Shown: positions 1 through 11,268, numbered from the stretch's first letter. The stretch is 64,000 bases of DNA from Parachlamydiales bacterium (GCA_963705295.1 OY970065.1:1344001-1408000); one strand, 5' to 3'. Made by a program: numbers and translations. Notes: generated by a model from the sequence alone, not told the origin.

Positions 1-453
1 TTGCAGCCGTATCTCTAAAATCGTATCGGGGGAAAAGGTGACTTTTCCTGTTCGATAAAAAGAGACAATTTCCCCTCGAGCCTTATCACTTAAATTCGGT
101 AACTTAAATTGGGTCAATTGTTTTCTATCGAAGGGTGTATCCATCTCGAGCAAAATTTTTGGAATAAAAAAGTGATCACCTATTTCCACTTGTTCTTCTA
201 ATTGCAGGGCCGGGCCCAAATAGTTTGCTAATTTTCTGAGAAATACAACGGTTTCCTCTAAATGAACCAATATAAGATGTTCTTTTAAAACAACGACGAT
301 TCTATCTATAAGTTCTTTATGGTTAACTGTTTGTGGTAATTTTAATATCTCTTCTACAAGTGAAGGAATACGCAATAAACTTATGGTACAAGAGTTATAA
401 GTTAAGTGGTGCGTCGCAACTCTTAAGGCCAAGGCTTTTGATTCTAGGGTCAT
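1..453 (-). CDS. ALRVAT-family degenerate BTB/LRR putative effector, 5' part (runs off the window)
   Basis: Not in the ORF track. Hand translation from ATG at 453 gives MTLESKALALRVATHHL...EIVSFYRTGKVTFSPDTILEIRLQ, open to base 1 and matching the paralogue N-termini. ATGA overlap with the stop of the upstream ORF. Confidence 0.85.
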   Translation of the reverse strand, partial: MTLESKALALRVATHHLTYNSCTISLLRIPSLVEEILKLPQTVNHKELIDRIVVVLKEHLILVHLEETVVFLRKLANYLGPALQLEEQVEIGDHFFIPKILLEMDTPFDRKQLTQFKLPNLSDKARGEIVSFYRTGKVTFSPDTILEIRLQ

Positions 454-2305
454 TTTCTCTCCTCGAGATGGGCTGGGAGTTTTCGGTCGATCCCTGGAAT
501 TCCGGGCACAGCAGGGGCAAAATTGGCATAGAATCCACTTTGGGAGAAGAGCTCAACGAGAGTGGTATCTTGAGGTCCTACAAATTGACCGAGGCGTGCT
601 GAAATGAGAGTTTTGTTTTTTTCAAGTTGGCAGGCCAAGCTCGCCCAAACCGGGTAGGAAAAATGACCCTCCATCGATAAATGCGCTAGAGATCGATTGG
701 CCGTAAGGGAAGATGCGATGAGTCTTAAATCATCGTCATCCCATTTGTTATTACTTAAGGATAAGTCATAAAGAGGATGGCCCGATCTCAAAATTTCAGC
801 GACTGCTAAGGCGGTCTTCTTTCCAATACCTGTGTTGGACAAATCTAGTTGTCTTAGAGAAGAATTTCTAGCTAGAGATCGAACTAAAACCTCTCCCTGA
901 TCATCCCCTATTGTATTAGATCGGACGACGAGCTTTTGTATGGATGAAGAGGTTCTTAACATTTCGGCGAGCCCCCGGTTTTAAAAGACGATGCGGGGTT
1001 CTGAATATGGATCGTTAACTGACGAAGAGAGCTGTTTTGTGCGAGGCCCGGCAAAAGTGTATTTAAAGCTGGATCGTATCGATCCAAAGACAACTCAACC
1101 TCTTCTAATGAGCTGCTCCTAAAGGCCTGCATTAGATCGGTTGCCCCTTCTTTCAAAGCGGCCTCATCTAAATTGAGAGAGAGGTGGGTAATTCCCTTAT
1201 TTCGGGCGATAATATCACACAAAGGTCGAAAGGCTTCTTCAGTTCCGTCTTTTGTTTTAAAATAAACCTTGCTTAAAAGATTGATAGGATTTTTGCAACG
1301 GATCGTTAAAGATTTCAGTTGGGGAGGAATATTTTCAAATAAATTGAGGAAACATTCGAATCCGCAGTCCGTCTTGGCGTCAATGGTGAGATGGGAAATT
1401 TTAGTACTTAAAAGGGTTGGAATAAGGGATACTAGAACCTTTTCATCTTTCGTCGTTAGACTAAATCTATCGAGTTCAAAAGAGGGCGATTGACAATGCT
1501 TCCGTAAAATTTTTCCTAGGCTTTGTGCAAGAGGGAGACTGTCAATTTCGCACTGAAGGGAGCGAATTTGAAACTCTTGTTTAAAGGCAAAGTCGAGTAA
1601 AAAAATAGATTCCGCTCGAGATATCACCATAGGCCGATCAAACTGTTTGCTATCCCGATATAGATGGCAAATACGGAGTGCGTACAGAGCTTTAAATTCC
1701 TCTAATTTTTGCTGATCGTTTTTTTTCTCGAATGTAAACTCTCCCAAGTCTTCAGGACTAAAAGTAAAGAGGAGGCTCATGAAGGCCCGATCTCGATTTT
1801 CATAGGCAAAAGTCCAGTATAAAAAAAGAGTTTGAAGATCATTGGGTTTTGTAAATAGTCTAAGGTAAGTAAAGGTGGCTTCCAGAAGGGCGTTACAATT
1901 CCATAGAAGGGCTACTTTTCTTATTTCCAAAATGGTATCTGAAGAAAAATGTTCTTCCCCCGTTTTATAAAATTGGGCTACCTGGCTATCAGCTTTGTGA
2001 GCTTTCGGTAATTGAGTCAATTCTTCCCAGAGATCTCCAGGTATTCTAGAAGATTCGATCTGAAGCAAAATTCTAGAAGCATCGATATTCGTGCCAGGTC
2101 CCAAATAGTCTTGAAGAGCCTTCAAAAATATGGACAGTGGTTTAATCGCTTCAGGGGAGATCTTTCCCTTCAAGCTTGTCACCACTTTGGAGCCGATTTT
2201 TTCGGGCGGGTCCTTCAAGATATCTGTCAACAATTGAGCCTGATCTAGACGTGGAAGTGGTAGCCTAGCTGCTGCCGTTCTTAAGGCAATCGTGGATGTT
2301 GTCAT
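450..2305 (-). pseudogene. ALRVAT-family BTB-like/RI-type LRR gene split by a single-base frameshift (ORFs 956..2305 and 450..962)
   Basis: The N-terminal ORF ends SSFKTGGSPKC and the C-terminal ORF begins MLRTSS. One more G in the G5 run (C5 at 972-976 on +) restores TGGLAEMLRTSS, matching paralogues (RGIAQMLRTS, TGGLAHFLRR). Confidence 0.8.
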
Positions 2306-4236
2306 TTTTTTATTCCTCTTGTTATTTGAATTCGATATTTTGTAGAAAAGGAAAAACCGGCCTTCTTGAAAATATCACTTAATTTTTCTTTTTCTTCGTC
2401 TGAGAGTTTTCCTGTCAACATTGTGCCTATTAAAGAGTGATTCGATTTGAGTTGCTCGGCAAAGTTAGCCAAGGCTGAAAAGGAAAATTCAGTCCAAGAT
2501 AAATCTAAGTCGTAGACGGATGTATTGTGTGCAAGACCTTCTGCCAAAATGGCTAGATGGTCATCACTGAATTTATTCCTGTCCAAGGACAGAAGACGGA
2601 GAGGGTGTTTAGTTCTTAAAATCTGTGCTAGCTTTTGCAAGGTTTTAATTCCAATACCCGTATCGGATAAATCTAAGTTTTTAAGGGTGGTATTTTGTTC
2701 TAATCCGCTCATGAGAATCTCCCCTTCTTCATCGCCGATGTGAGTATGGGTTAAAAATAGTGCTTCAATCACTTTAGAGGTACGGAGCATTTGAGCAATC
2801 CCCCTGGTTAAAAAAGTAGAGCTAATCTCTTTAATCCGTATTTTTAAAGTGGGAGGAGATTCACTGAGGAGCGTATCTAAACCCGGTGAATACCGATCTA
2901 ATTCCAAGTGTAGATATGCTGGATTGGATTGTTTCAATGCCCTTGCCAGTCTTCTAGCTTCTCCATTTTGAAGGGCACTCGGATCCAAGTGAATTTGCAG
3001 ATAAGGCTGCCTGGGATTGAGTTCGATCATTTCGGATAGTGGATCGATCCCTTCACGGCCTATGTTTATTTCTAAATAAGCTTCGAGCTTTGTCCGACAT
3101 CGAAGCGACTCTATTAAAGGTAAAGTTGCAGCGGGATCCGTGGAGGGTGAAATGATATGGAACTTCTTTAAAACCTGAAATTTTTTTATAAACGCTGCAA
3201 GGCCTTGGATTTCTTGGGCGGTTAAGGGACGCCCAGACTTGATAATAAGACGGTTTAACGAAGCTTTTTCTATCAAATTTCCTAAAGTCTCAAACCCTTC
3301 ATCCGCTTGAATGGTGAGATCGTTAATCCCGGTCCGTAAAATCGAAGGAATGAGAATGGCTAAGACATCCTTTTTCTTTGTTGTTATTGAAATTCTACGG
3401 ACACTCGAATTGTTTACATATTTCGATAGAATTTGTGATAACCCCAATGCAATAACGGGATCATTACATTCGAAACTTAAAAGACTAAATTCACACCTTT
3501 CTAGAAATGCCCATTCTAATAAGAAAAGAGAATCTGAAGCGTTAAAAAGCATCAACCCTCTTAAATCTAGAGAGGGGAGTGTCCCGGTCACAAATACCGT
3601 TTCAAACGCATTGATTTCTTCACGGGTTTCGGTTTTTCTTTCCGCATCTTTTGAACGGCGTGGAAACAAAATGGCCTTTAATTTTCCATCATCATTTTCA
3701 TCCGCAAAGACCCACAGGGTTGAAAGAAGCTCAGGATCGTTTTCTGCATCGTTTAGTAATTTTTCAATTTGGTGCAGAGTAGCCCTCTCAAGAGCATGGC
3801 AATGCCGCAGGAGAGCATACTGTCTTATTTCCAGAAGGGTATCGTGGGAAAAGATCGTTTCTCCTGTTTCATTTTCTCTGGCTTCATGAAAAGAGAGAAT
3901 TTCCCCTCGAGCCCTTTCACTTAAATCACCTAACTTTGATAAAAGGCAACCATCCACGGGAATCGTAAAACCAGGTCCTAGAAATTCAGTTAAAGTACGA
4001 ATAAAAACCTTCATTTCTTTAAAATATTTGTACTGACCGACAAATCCATTTAAATGGGTGACGATTCTTTTCTTAAGCTCTTCAGGCTCAAATGCCTGCG
4101 TGTTCTTTAAAACGTCATCCACAAGAGAGCAAAGAGGATGTGAGCCGACTCCCTCTGACTGAATAGAATGGATTAATTCAAAGGTTGCCACTCGGAGGGC
4201 AATCGCTTTTGGATCTAGTTGTGTAGTTAAAGTCAT
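2302..4236 (-). CDS. ALRVAT-family degenerate BTB-BACK plus RI-like LRR protein
   Basis: AIALRVATFEL N-terminus and FSHDTLLEIRQYALL motif. C-terminal LRRs such as NTTLKNLDLSDTGIG and LRLLSLDRNKFSD. ATG at 4236 preferred over the TTG at 4260. Confidence 0.85.
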   Translation of the reverse strand: MTLTTQLDPKAIALRVATFELIHSIQSEGVGSHPLCSLVDDVLKNTQAFEPEELKKRIVTHLNGFVGQYKYFKEMKVFIRTLTEFLGPGFTIPVDGCLLSKLGDLSERARGEILSFHEARENETGETIFSHDTLLEIRQYALLRHCHALERATLHQIEKLLNDAENDPELLSTLWVFADENDDGKLKAILFPRRSKDAERKTETREEINAFETVFVTGTLPSLDLRGLMLFNASDSLFLLEWAFLERCEFSLLSFECNDPVIALGLSQILSKYVNNSSVRRISITTKKKDVLAILIPSILRTGINDLTIQADEGFETLGNLIEKASLNRLIIKSGRPLTAQEIQGLAAFIKKFQVLKKFHIISPSTDPAATLPLIESLRCRTKLEAYLEINIGREGIDPLSEMIELNPRQPYLQIHLDPSALQNGEARRLARALKQSNPAYLHLELDRYSPGLDTLLSESPPTLKIRIKEISSTFLTRGIAQMLRTSKVIEALFLTHTHIGDEEGEILMSGLEQNTTLKNLDLSDTGIGIKTLQKLAQILRTKHPLRLLSLDRNKFSDDHLAILAEGLAHNTSVYDLDLSWTEFSFSALANFAEQLKSNHSLIGTMLTGKLSDEEKEKLSDIFKKAGFSFSTKYRIQITRGIKK

Positions 4237-4323
4237 ATTAATAGCTAATATTTTAATCAAAACAGCTATTAAAATAAATGTTTATATTAATTACACAATA
4301 AACTGAATATAAACGAGATGGAG

Positions 4324-5169
4324 TTAATAAGTGAAATCGATGGAGATTAGGATCGATTGGATGAGGATGACGGCGAGGGAGAAGAGGAACATCTGGCGGG
4401 CCCAGAGTTTTTCGTTTTGGATTTTGAAACCCTTGATGCAGAGGAAGAGCCAAAGGCAGCCGAGGAGGGTGGTGGTGATGAGGTACGTTTTTCCGGTGTA
4501 GCCGAGGAGGGTGAGGAAGGGAGCGGTGAGGATGAAGAGGGAGATATAGAAGACCATGTGGATTTTGGTGATGGTGGGGCCTTTGATGATGGGGAGGGTG
4601 GGAATGCCGGCAGCGACGTAGTCGGCTTGTTGGTAGAGGACGATGGCGTAGAAGTGGGGCATTTGCCACAGGACCATGAGGGAGAAGAGGAGGGTTGCGG
4701 CGAGATCGAAGTGATGCGTGACGGCGCAGTAGCCGACGAGGATGGGAATGCCACCGGCGACGGACCCGATAATGGTTCCGTGGGTGGTTTTGTATTTTGA
4801 GATGCCGTAGAGGACGACGTAGACGAAGAAGCCGGTGAGAGCGAGAATGAGGGTGTGAGTGTAGAGGAAAAGAAGTGTAGCACCTATGAGGCCGAGGAGG
4901 GTGCCGAAGATGAGCGCATGGGTGTTTGAAACGGTTCCCTTGGCGAGGGGGCGATTTTGAGTCCGGTTCATTTTTTGGTCAGTGGTTCGGTCGGTGTAGT
5001 TATTGAAAACGCAGGCCGATGCGATGATGAAGCCGAGGCCAAGAAGGGTGGCGAAGAGGAGCTTGAAGTCGATATTTCCCTTTGAGGCGAGGGCAAAGCC
5101 ACCGGCTGCAGTGATGAGGTTGCCGAGGATGATGCCGGGCTTGGTGAGTGTTGTGTAAGTCTTAATCAT
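4324..5169 (-). CDS. cyoE: heme o synthase (protoheme IX farnesyltransferase)
   Basis: LTKPGII, NNYTDRTTDQKMNRTQNRPL and WQMPHFYAI motifs; last gene of the cyo run. Confidence 0.95.
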   Translation of the reverse strand: MIKTYTTLTKPGIILGNLITAAGGFALASKGNIDFKLLFATLLGLGFIIASACVFNNYTDRTTDQKMNRTQNRPLAKGTVSNTHALIFGTLLGLIGATLLFLYTHTLILALTGFFVYVVLYGISKYKTTHGTIIGSVAGGIPILVGYCAVTHHFDLAATLLFSLMVLWQMPHFYAIVLYQQADYVAAGIPTLPIIKGPTITKIHMVFYISLFILTAPFLTLLGYTGKTYLITTTLLGCLWLFLCIKGFKIQNEKLWARQMFLFSLAVILIQSILISIDFTY

Positions 5170-5476
5170 GCATCATGACATTGTAATTGAGATGTTTCAT
5201 GATCCAGATCGATCCGAGGACAATGATCAAGAGGACGGAGAGCATGAAAAGAAAGGTGAGAAAATTCCACCGAGGATAATCTTCTTCTCTTCCAAGATGG
5301 AGGAAGATGACCATCTGGACTACGGCTTGAACGGTTCCAATACCAAGAATGGTCGCAAGTAAAGGAATTCCTTGAATGAAGCGCAGAGAGACGAGGAAGT
5401 AGGCGGCAAGGGTCAAGAAAATGCAGAGGCTAAATCCGAGCAGATAGACTTTGAGATCTTTTGCTGTGTCTTTCAT
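5162..5476 (-). CDS. cyoD: cytochrome bo3 ubiquinol oxidase subunit IV
   Basis: YLLGFSLCIFLT, QAVVQMVIFLHL, GSIWIMKHLNYN. True start is MKDTAK at 5476; the longer track ORF overlaps cyoC. Confidence 0.9.
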   Translation of the reverse strand: MKDTAKDLKVYLLGFSLCIFLTLAAYFLVSLRFIQGIPLLATILGIGTVQAVVQMVIFLHLGREEDYPRWNFLTFLFMLSVLLIIVLGSIWIMKHLNYNVMMHD

Positions 5477-6054
5477 GCTACCCCCATGAGATAAACGATG
5501 GTGAAGATGAAAATCCAAATGACATCTAAAAAGTGCCAGAACATCCGGAGACATTTCAGTCTTTTGACTGCATAGGGTGTAAATCCGCGGATCCAGACTT
5601 GAGGAACAAGGCCGATCATCCAGATAAGGCCAACGGTGATATGGGCTCCGTGTGTGCCGACTAGGGTAAAATACGACGAAAGAAACGCACTTCTTTGCCA
5701 ACTATTTCCTTCTAAGGCGAGATGGAAAAATTCATGGAGCTCGAGGGCCAAAAAGGAAAGTCCGAGCAAAAAGGTGAGGGCAAACCAGAACATCACCTGT
5801 TTTTTGTTTTGTCTGGAAGCGGCAATGGAAGACATCGAGCAAGTGAAGGTGCTCGTCAGAAGAAGAAGAGTTTCGGCGAGGGCAAATGGGAGATTAAAAA
5901 GGTCATGCGACGATGGCCCTCCCCAGGTATTGTCATGCAAAACAATATAGGTTGCAAAAAGGATTCCAAATAAAATGCAATCGGTCATGAGATAGACCCA
6001 AAAGCCAAAGATGGTTTTAGAGTAATCTTCCGATTCTGTTAAGGCTTCTGCCAT
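5473..6054 (-). CDS. cyoC: cytochrome bo3 ubiquinol oxidase subunit III
   Basis: [34 protein letters not shown]. Confidence 0.95.
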   Translation of the reverse strand: MAEALTESEDYSKTIFGFWVYLMTDCILFGILFATYIVLHDNTWGGPSSHDLFNLPFALAETLLLLTSTFTCSMSSIAASRQNKKQVMFWFALTFLLGLSFLALELHEFFHLALEGNSWQRSAFLSSYFTLVGTHGAHITVGLIWMIGLVPQVWIRGFTPYAVKRLKCLRMFWHFLDVIWIFIFTIVYLMGVA

Positions 6055-7994
6055 GCTTTCTCTCTTTTTTTGACCTCATCTGCATGAATCGTATATTCAA
6101 TGTTATCTTCCCATCCACGGATGATAATCGTTGCAATGATACCGGCAATGCTTGCAAGGGTAAGCCAGGTGATATGCCAGGTGAGGGCAAACCCAAAAAG
6201 GACGCTGAGCGCTCCGATATTAAATCCTGTGCCGGTATTTCTTGGGACATGGATATCTTCGTAGAGCAGATGGGGTTTCTCTTTCCTCTGTTTCATCTCC
6301 CAGAAAGGATCTATTTCTTGTACTACAGGATGTTTTGCAAAATTATAGACAGGTGGGGGAGAAGATGTCGCCCATTCTAACGTTCTTCCATTCCAAGGAT
6401 CTCCGGTTGTATCGAGGTTTTTTTTCCGGTTTTTAATGCTCACGATGAGCTGGGTGATCTGAAAACCGATCCCAACGGAGACGAGAGTGACTCCAATGGC
6501 TGCAACGATGAAGAGAGGTTTCCATCCCATGGAAGGGTCGTAGTAATCCAAGCGGCGAGTGGCTCCCATCAGCCCTAAAATATAGAGTGGGAGAAAAGCG
6601 CATAAAAATCCGACAAACCAGCAGACAAACGCACGTCTTCCCAATTTTTCATCGAGTTTAAAGCCGAAAATTTTTGGAAACCAGTACGTGTAGCCGGCAA
6701 AAAATCCAAAGAGGACGCCACCAATGAGCACCGAATGAAAATGGGCGATTAAAAAGAGGCTATTATGGACTTGAAAATCGACGGGGGGAATCGACATCAA
6801 AACGCCGTCCATTCCTCCGATGGTAAAAATGACAATGAATCCGAAGAACCAGAGCATCGGAGTCGCAAAATGGATTCTCCCTCGAAAGTTGGTGAAGATC
6901 CAGTTGAAGATCTTAACTCCCGTGGGGATGGCAATAAACATGGTCATGATTCCAAAGAAGGCGTTCACGTTGGCCCCGGCCCCCATGGTGAAGAAGTGAT
7001 GGAGCCAAACAATAAAAGACAAAAGGGTAATTCCTCCAAGCGCCCAGACCATCGAATTGTAACCAAAAAGTCTTTTGTGTGAAAAGGTGGCTACGACTTC
7101 AGAGAAAACTCCAAATGCAGGGAGAACAAGGATGTAGACTTCGGGGTGGCCCCAAGCCCAAATGAGGTTGATGTACATCATTGGGTTCCCTCCAAAATCG
7201 GAGGTGAAAAAGTGCATAGCGAGGTATCGGTCGAGAGCAAGGAGTCCTGCCGTAACGGTTAAAATGGGAAAGGCAAAGATCACAAGAACCATGGTGCAAA
7301 GAATGCTCCAGGTGAAAAGAGGCATCCGCATCATCGACATCCCAGGACATCGCATCTTGAAAATCGTGGTGAAGAAGTTGATTCCTGCCAGTAAGCTACC
7401 CACTCCGGCGATTTGGATAGCCCAAATCCAATAATCGACCCCTTCACCCGGACTATATTTTATCCCGGATAGGGGAGGGTAGTTAACCCAGCCGGCAGCA
7501 GAGAAATCTCCAATGAGCATTGAGATAATAAGAAGGGCTGCTCCGGAGGCAAAGAGCCAAAAGCTGACGGCATTGAGAAATGGAAAGGCAACATCGCGAG
7601 CTCCGATCTGCAAGGGAACAACTAAATTCGAGAGGCCAAAGACAATTCCCATGCCCACAAAAAAGATCATGGTCGATCCGTGTGCTGTAAAGATCTGTTG
7701 GAAATGGTCTGAAGACAAAATCCCTTGAGCCTCGCCGACCGCTGTCAGCTGCTGCAATCGGATGAGTCCAGCGTCGGAGACACCCTTCAAAAGCATCACA
7801 CCTGCAACAATCAGATACATGACGCCGATCTTCTTCGGATCGAGCTGGACAATCCAATGCTCCAAAAGCCATCTCCACCGACGGGCATAAAATAAATAAC
7901 CAACGATTCCAAGGGCGGTCAAGACGACGCCGAGTCCCACCATGGCTTGCATGAAATTGTGCTGAAAAGCATGGAGTGTCAATCTTCCAAACAT
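6039..7994 (-). CDS. cyoB: cytochrome bo3 ubiquinol oxidase subunit I
   Basis: [18 protein letters not shown] and AHFH heme-copper motifs; quinol-site residues in SDAGLIR and HFQQ. Confidence 0.97.
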   Translation of the reverse strand: MFGRLTLHAFQHNFMQAMVGLGVVLTALGIVGYLFYARRWRWLLEHWIVQLDPKKIGVMYLIVAGVMLLKGVSDAGLIRLQQLTAVGEAQGILSSDHFQQIFTAHGSTMIFFVGMGIVFGLSNLVVPLQIGARDVAFPFLNAVSFWLFASGAALLIISMLIGDFSAAGWVNYPPLSGIKYSPGEGVDYWIWAIQIAGVGSLLAGINFFTTIFKMRCPGMSMMRMPLFTWSILCTMVLVIFAFPILTVTAGLLALDRYLAMHFFTSDFGGNPMMYINLIWAWGHPEVYILVLPAFGVFSEVVATFSHKRLFGYNSMVWALGGITLLSFIVWLHHFFTMGAGANVNAFFGIMTMFIAIPTGVKIFNWIFTNFRGRIHFATPMLWFFGFIVIFTIGGMDGVLMSIPPVDFQVHNSLFLIAHFHSVLIGGVLFGFFAGYTYWFPKIFGFKLDEKLGRRAFVCWFVGFLCAFLPLYILGLMGATRRLDYYDPSMGWKPLFIVAAIGVTLVSVGIGFQITQLIVSIKNRKKNLDTTGDPWNGRTLEWATSSPPPVYNFAKHPVVQEIDPFWEMKQRKEKPHLLYEDIHVPRNTGTGFNIGALSVLFGFALTWHITWLTLASIAGIIATIIIRGWEDNIEYTIHADEVKKREKAWQKP

Positions 7995-8000
7995 AAGCCT

Positions 8001-8867
8001 CTACTTTTGGGGCATCATATATTTCATGAGAATTTGGTCAAATAAATCTTCTTCTTTGACCACATAACTTGCAACCGGATTCTTTTCGGTCGGTTTGACC
8101 AAATTCTCATAGGAGGCATGGTCGAGAATCAAAGGAGACGTTCGAGCTTGTGCAATCCACGTATTAAAATCTGCCTCGGAGGTCGCTTTTGCAATGAACC
8201 GCATGCCTGCGAATCCTTTTCCACTCAAGTTTGCTGAAGAGCCTGCATAACTTCCGATCTCATTGGCAATAAGATGGAGTTTGGTTCTCATTGCAGGCAT
8301 GGCATAAACCTGCCCTCCAAGCTGAGGAATCCAAAACGAATTCATCGGCGCATCTGCCGTGATTTCGAAATTGATCGGGATATTCTCAGGGACCTGAAAA
8401 AAATTCATCGAAGCGATTTTGTAATCGGGGTAGATGAAAAGCCACTTCCACTGGAGGGCGACCACTTGGATTCGGATCGGATCTCCGGCTGGACTACTGA
8501 GGGGTTTAAAAGGGTCGAGTTCGTGGCTTTTCTTCCAGGCAAAGACCGATAGAATAATGACAATGACGCACGGAACTCCCCACCAAATCATCTCGGCAAT
8601 AGGATGATCAGCCCACTGAGGGGTGTACTTTGCTTTTTTATTATCGGCCCTGTATTTCCAGGCAAAAGCAAACGTGAGAATGAAGACAGGGACCACGACG
8701 ATGAGCATCAAAACCGTTGCAAGAGTCATCAGTTCTTTTTCTTTGAGACCAATAACTCCCTTTGGATTGAGAACGACGATTTGGTCACCCGCAAGATAGA
8801 TGATCGTCAGGAGGACGATTCCAAGGGAAGACAAAATCAGGAGAATGTATTTAGTAACTGTGTGCAT
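8001..8867 (-). CDS. cyoA: cytochrome bo3 ubiquinol oxidase subunit II
   Basis: LNPKG, WKWLFIYP, MNSFWIPQLGGQVYAM; no CuA ligands. Likely start MHTVTK at 8867. Confidence 0.93.
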   Translation of the reverse strand: MHTVTKYILLILSSLGIVLLTIIYLAGDQIVVLNPKGVIGLKEKELMTLATVLMLIVVVPVFILTFAFAWKYRADNKKAKYTPQWADHPIAEMIWWGVPCVIVIILSVFAWKKSHELDPFKPLSSPAGDPIRIQVVALQWKWLFIYPDYKIASMNFFQVPENIPINFEITADAPMNSFWIPQLGGQVYAMPAMRTKLHLIANEIGSYAGSSANLSGKGFAGMRFIAKATSEADFNTWIAQARTSPLILDHASYENLVKPTEKNPVASYVVKEEDLFDQILMKYMMPQK

Positions 8868-9879
8868 CGAGCTGTATTTTTCCTTTAAAAACCTTGTAAA
8901 TATATGGGAAATAAAAAAATGAAAGCGGTGCGCCCGTGCAGGTGACTCCGACCATGATCCAAAGGGCAAGCTCTGATACAGAACTGTTCATGAACGTCAG
9001 AGAGTGGCCCGGATGAATCGTTGAAAGAACAAGATTCGGAAACGTTCCAATCACAAAAAGGGCCATTAAAAAAAAGATCGAAAGGCACGAAAAGAAAAAG
9101 GCATTACCGTCTTGTTTCTTCCGAATCATGAGGGGAATATTTGCAATACAGACCAAACTCATTAGGGGAAAGACGCCGATGACCGGATATTTGAAAAAGA
9201 GCTTGGTCATGTGCGGATAACTGATGAAAGTCGCAACGGTCGCAGCAAGCCAAAATACTAAAAAGACCGCAATACAGATATGACTCCATTTCCGAACCCG
9301 GTCGTGAAAAGCTCCTTCCGTTTTCATCAGAAGATAGAGCGATCCGTGCATGGCAAAACATGAAATTCCAAAAAAGGCGATCAAGAGAGGGTAAAAAGTC
9401 ATCAGTCCAAAGATCCCTCCGACCACTTCTCCTTTGTCATTCAGAGGAACGCCCTGGATTAGATTTCCAAGGATCATCCCGACAATGAAAGCAACGAGCA
9501 GGCTGGCAGCAAAAAAACAACCATCCCAAAACGGCGGCCACCACGATTGATGCCCTTTGCTCCGAAATTCAATCGAAGCGGCCCTCAGCATGAAACCGAG
9601 GAGCATGAACATAAATGGAGTATAGAAATTCGGTGCCATGATCGAAAAAGCTTTCGGAAAAGCAGCAAAGAGAACACCGCCACCAATCACAATCCAGGTC
9701 GAGTTCCCATCCCAGACAGGACCAATTGCATTGATCATCAGTCTTCGTTCCCGGTCACCCCGAGCAAAAAGATGGAGACATCCAACGCCCAAATCAAATC
9801 CATCGAGCGTCGCATAGGCAACAATGGCAAACATGAATACAAAGTACATGATCAGCTGCGCTAGATAATTAGTGTCCAT
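8851..9879 (-). CDS. cydB: cytochrome bd ubiquinol oxidase subunit II
   Basis: LDGFDLGVG, IGPVWDGN, LFAAFP. Start MDTNYL at 9879. Confidence 0.95.
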   Translation of the reverse strand: MDTNYLAQLIMYFVFMFAIVAYATLDGFDLGVGCLHLFARGDRERRLMINAIGPVWDGNSTWIVIGGGVLFAAFPKAFSIMAPNFYTPFMFMLLGFMLRAASIEFRSKGHQSWWPPFWDGCFFAASLLVAFIVGMILGNLIQGVPLNDKGEVVGGIFGLMTFYPLLIAFFGISCFAMHGSLYLLMKTEGAFHDRVRKWSHICIAVFLVFWLAATVATFISYPHMTKLFFKYPVIGVFPLMSLVCIANIPLMIRKKQDGNAFFFSCLSIFFLMALFVIGTFPNLVLSTIHPGHSLTFMNSSVSELALWIMVGVTCTGAPLSFFYFPYIYKVFKGKIQLDAHSY

Positions 9880-11248
9880 GTTTCTGCTCTTTATAAATAT
9901 CGCGGTAGGGGAGTTGTTCTTCCTCCATACCGACATCGGGCCCCGTCTTAATCTTTTTATCGAGAAGAACTAAAAATAACACGAAAAAAAGAAGGTACAT
10001 CACCACAAACATGATCAGCGATCCCATCACTTGGCCGGTGGAAATAACGGGAGAAAAAGCTTCTTTGGTCTTGAGCAATTTATAAACCGTCCACGGCTGC
10101 CTTCCGATGCATGAGCTGTACCAACCTGCAATATTGGCCAGCTGGGGAAAAATAACCGAGATCGCCAGATATTTCAGTACGGCTGGCCGCACCACGAGCT
10201 TCTTTCTCCACCAATAATATCCTCCCATAAAAGCGGCGATGGTCATGGCGACCCAAAGGAGAACCATCAGATGGTACGTTTGGAAAACAATCGGCACGCG
10301 AGGCCAATTTTCCCTAGGAAATTGATCGAGGCCAGCTACGGGCTCCTGCGCATTCCTATGGGTCATGAAACTTAATAGTCCCGGTATTGGAAACCCATAA
10401 ACTTTTTGAGTCTCCGGATCGACCCATCCGAAGGCATAGGCAGGCGTGTACGGCTCGGTTTTATAAACCCCCTCAAAAGCAGCGAGCTTCTCGGGATTAT
10501 ATTTTCCGATCTTTCGTGCCAGATTGTCGGCTGAAACGAGCTGAAGAGCTGTGGTCACCATCGTGATCAGTAGCCCCACCTTCATACTTTTCTTCGCAAA
10601 TTCTAAATGACGGTGTTTAAGAAGATAATACGCTGCCACGCTGACAATCAGAAAGCCGCCCGTCATCCAAGCTCCCAGAATCACATGCGTCAGATGGCTG
10701 AGATTGGTCGGACTCAAGAAAACCTTCCACCAATTGACCACCTGGGCCACCTCGGTTCCATCTGCTAACGTTACTATTTTATGACCTGCCGGCGATTGCA
10801 TCCACGAATTAAAACTCACAATCCATATCGCACTAAAATGAGCCCCCAGCGACACCAAAATCGTCGACATAAAATGAACCTTGGAAGAAACCCTATTCCA
10901 CCCAAAAAGAAGCACGCCCAAAAATCCCGCCTCAATCAAAAAGGCAAACATCCCTTCTGCCCCCAGCAGACTCCCCGACACATCACTGACAAACCGGGAA
11001 TACCTCGACCAATTCGTTCCCAGAGAAAACATCATCGGAATGCCCGTCGCCACACCCAAAGCAAACGTCATCGCAAAAACCTTCAGCCAAAACTTCGTCA
11101 GCTTCTCCCACAACACCTGCCCCGTCTTCAAAAACATCCCTTCCATCATAATCAGCGCCAGCGACAGCCCAATACTCAGCGGCGGGTAGATATAGTGAAA
11201 CGTAATCGTGAAAGCAAATTGAACCCGTGACAGAATTTCAACGTCCAT
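9869..11248 (-). CDS. cydA: cytochrome bd ubiquinol oxidase subunit I (short Q-loop)
   Basis: LSRVQFAFTITFHYIYP, FALGVATG, KLAAFEG, GRQPW. Start MDVEIL at 11248. Confidence 0.95.
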   Translation of the reverse strand: MDVEILSRVQFAFTITFHYIYPPLSIGLSLALIMMEGMFLKTGQVLWEKLTKFWLKVFAMTFALGVATGIPMMFSLGTNWSRYSRFVSDVSGSLLGAEGMFAFLIEAGFLGVLLFGWNRVSSKVHFMSTILVSLGAHFSAIWIVSFNSWMQSPAGHKIVTLADGTEVAQVVNWWKVFLSPTNLSHLTHVILGAWMTGGFLIVSVAAYYLLKHRHLEFAKKSMKVGLLITMVTTALQLVSADNLARKIGKYNPEKLAAFEGVYKTEPYTPAYAFGWVDPETQKVYGFPIPGLLSFMTHRNAQEPVAGLDQFPRENWPRVPIVFQTYHLMVLLWVAMTIAAFMGGYYWWRKKLVVRPAVLKYLAISVIFPQLANIAGWYSSCIGRQPWTVYKLLKTKEAFSPVISTGQVMGSLIMFVVMYLLFFVLFLVLLDKKIKTGPDVGMEEEQLPYRDIYKEQKHGH

Positions 11249-11268
11249 GAACACCGAACAATACTGTA

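Noticed and set aside
333..602. 89-aa plus-strand ORF
   Set aside because: Antisense to two ALRVAT-family genes and has no recognisable features
4253..4883. Low-complexity His/Pro-, Ser/Pro- and Glu/Asp-rich ORFs (4253..4669, 4347..4883, 4357..4800)
   Set aside because: Alternate-frame or antisense shadows of cyoE caused by its C-rich codon usage
5477..5701. Long N-terminal extensions of cyoD, and likewise of cyoA (8868-8969) and cydB (9880-9936), in the ORF track
   Set aside because: They overlap the upstream genes; downstream ATGs match the family N-termini
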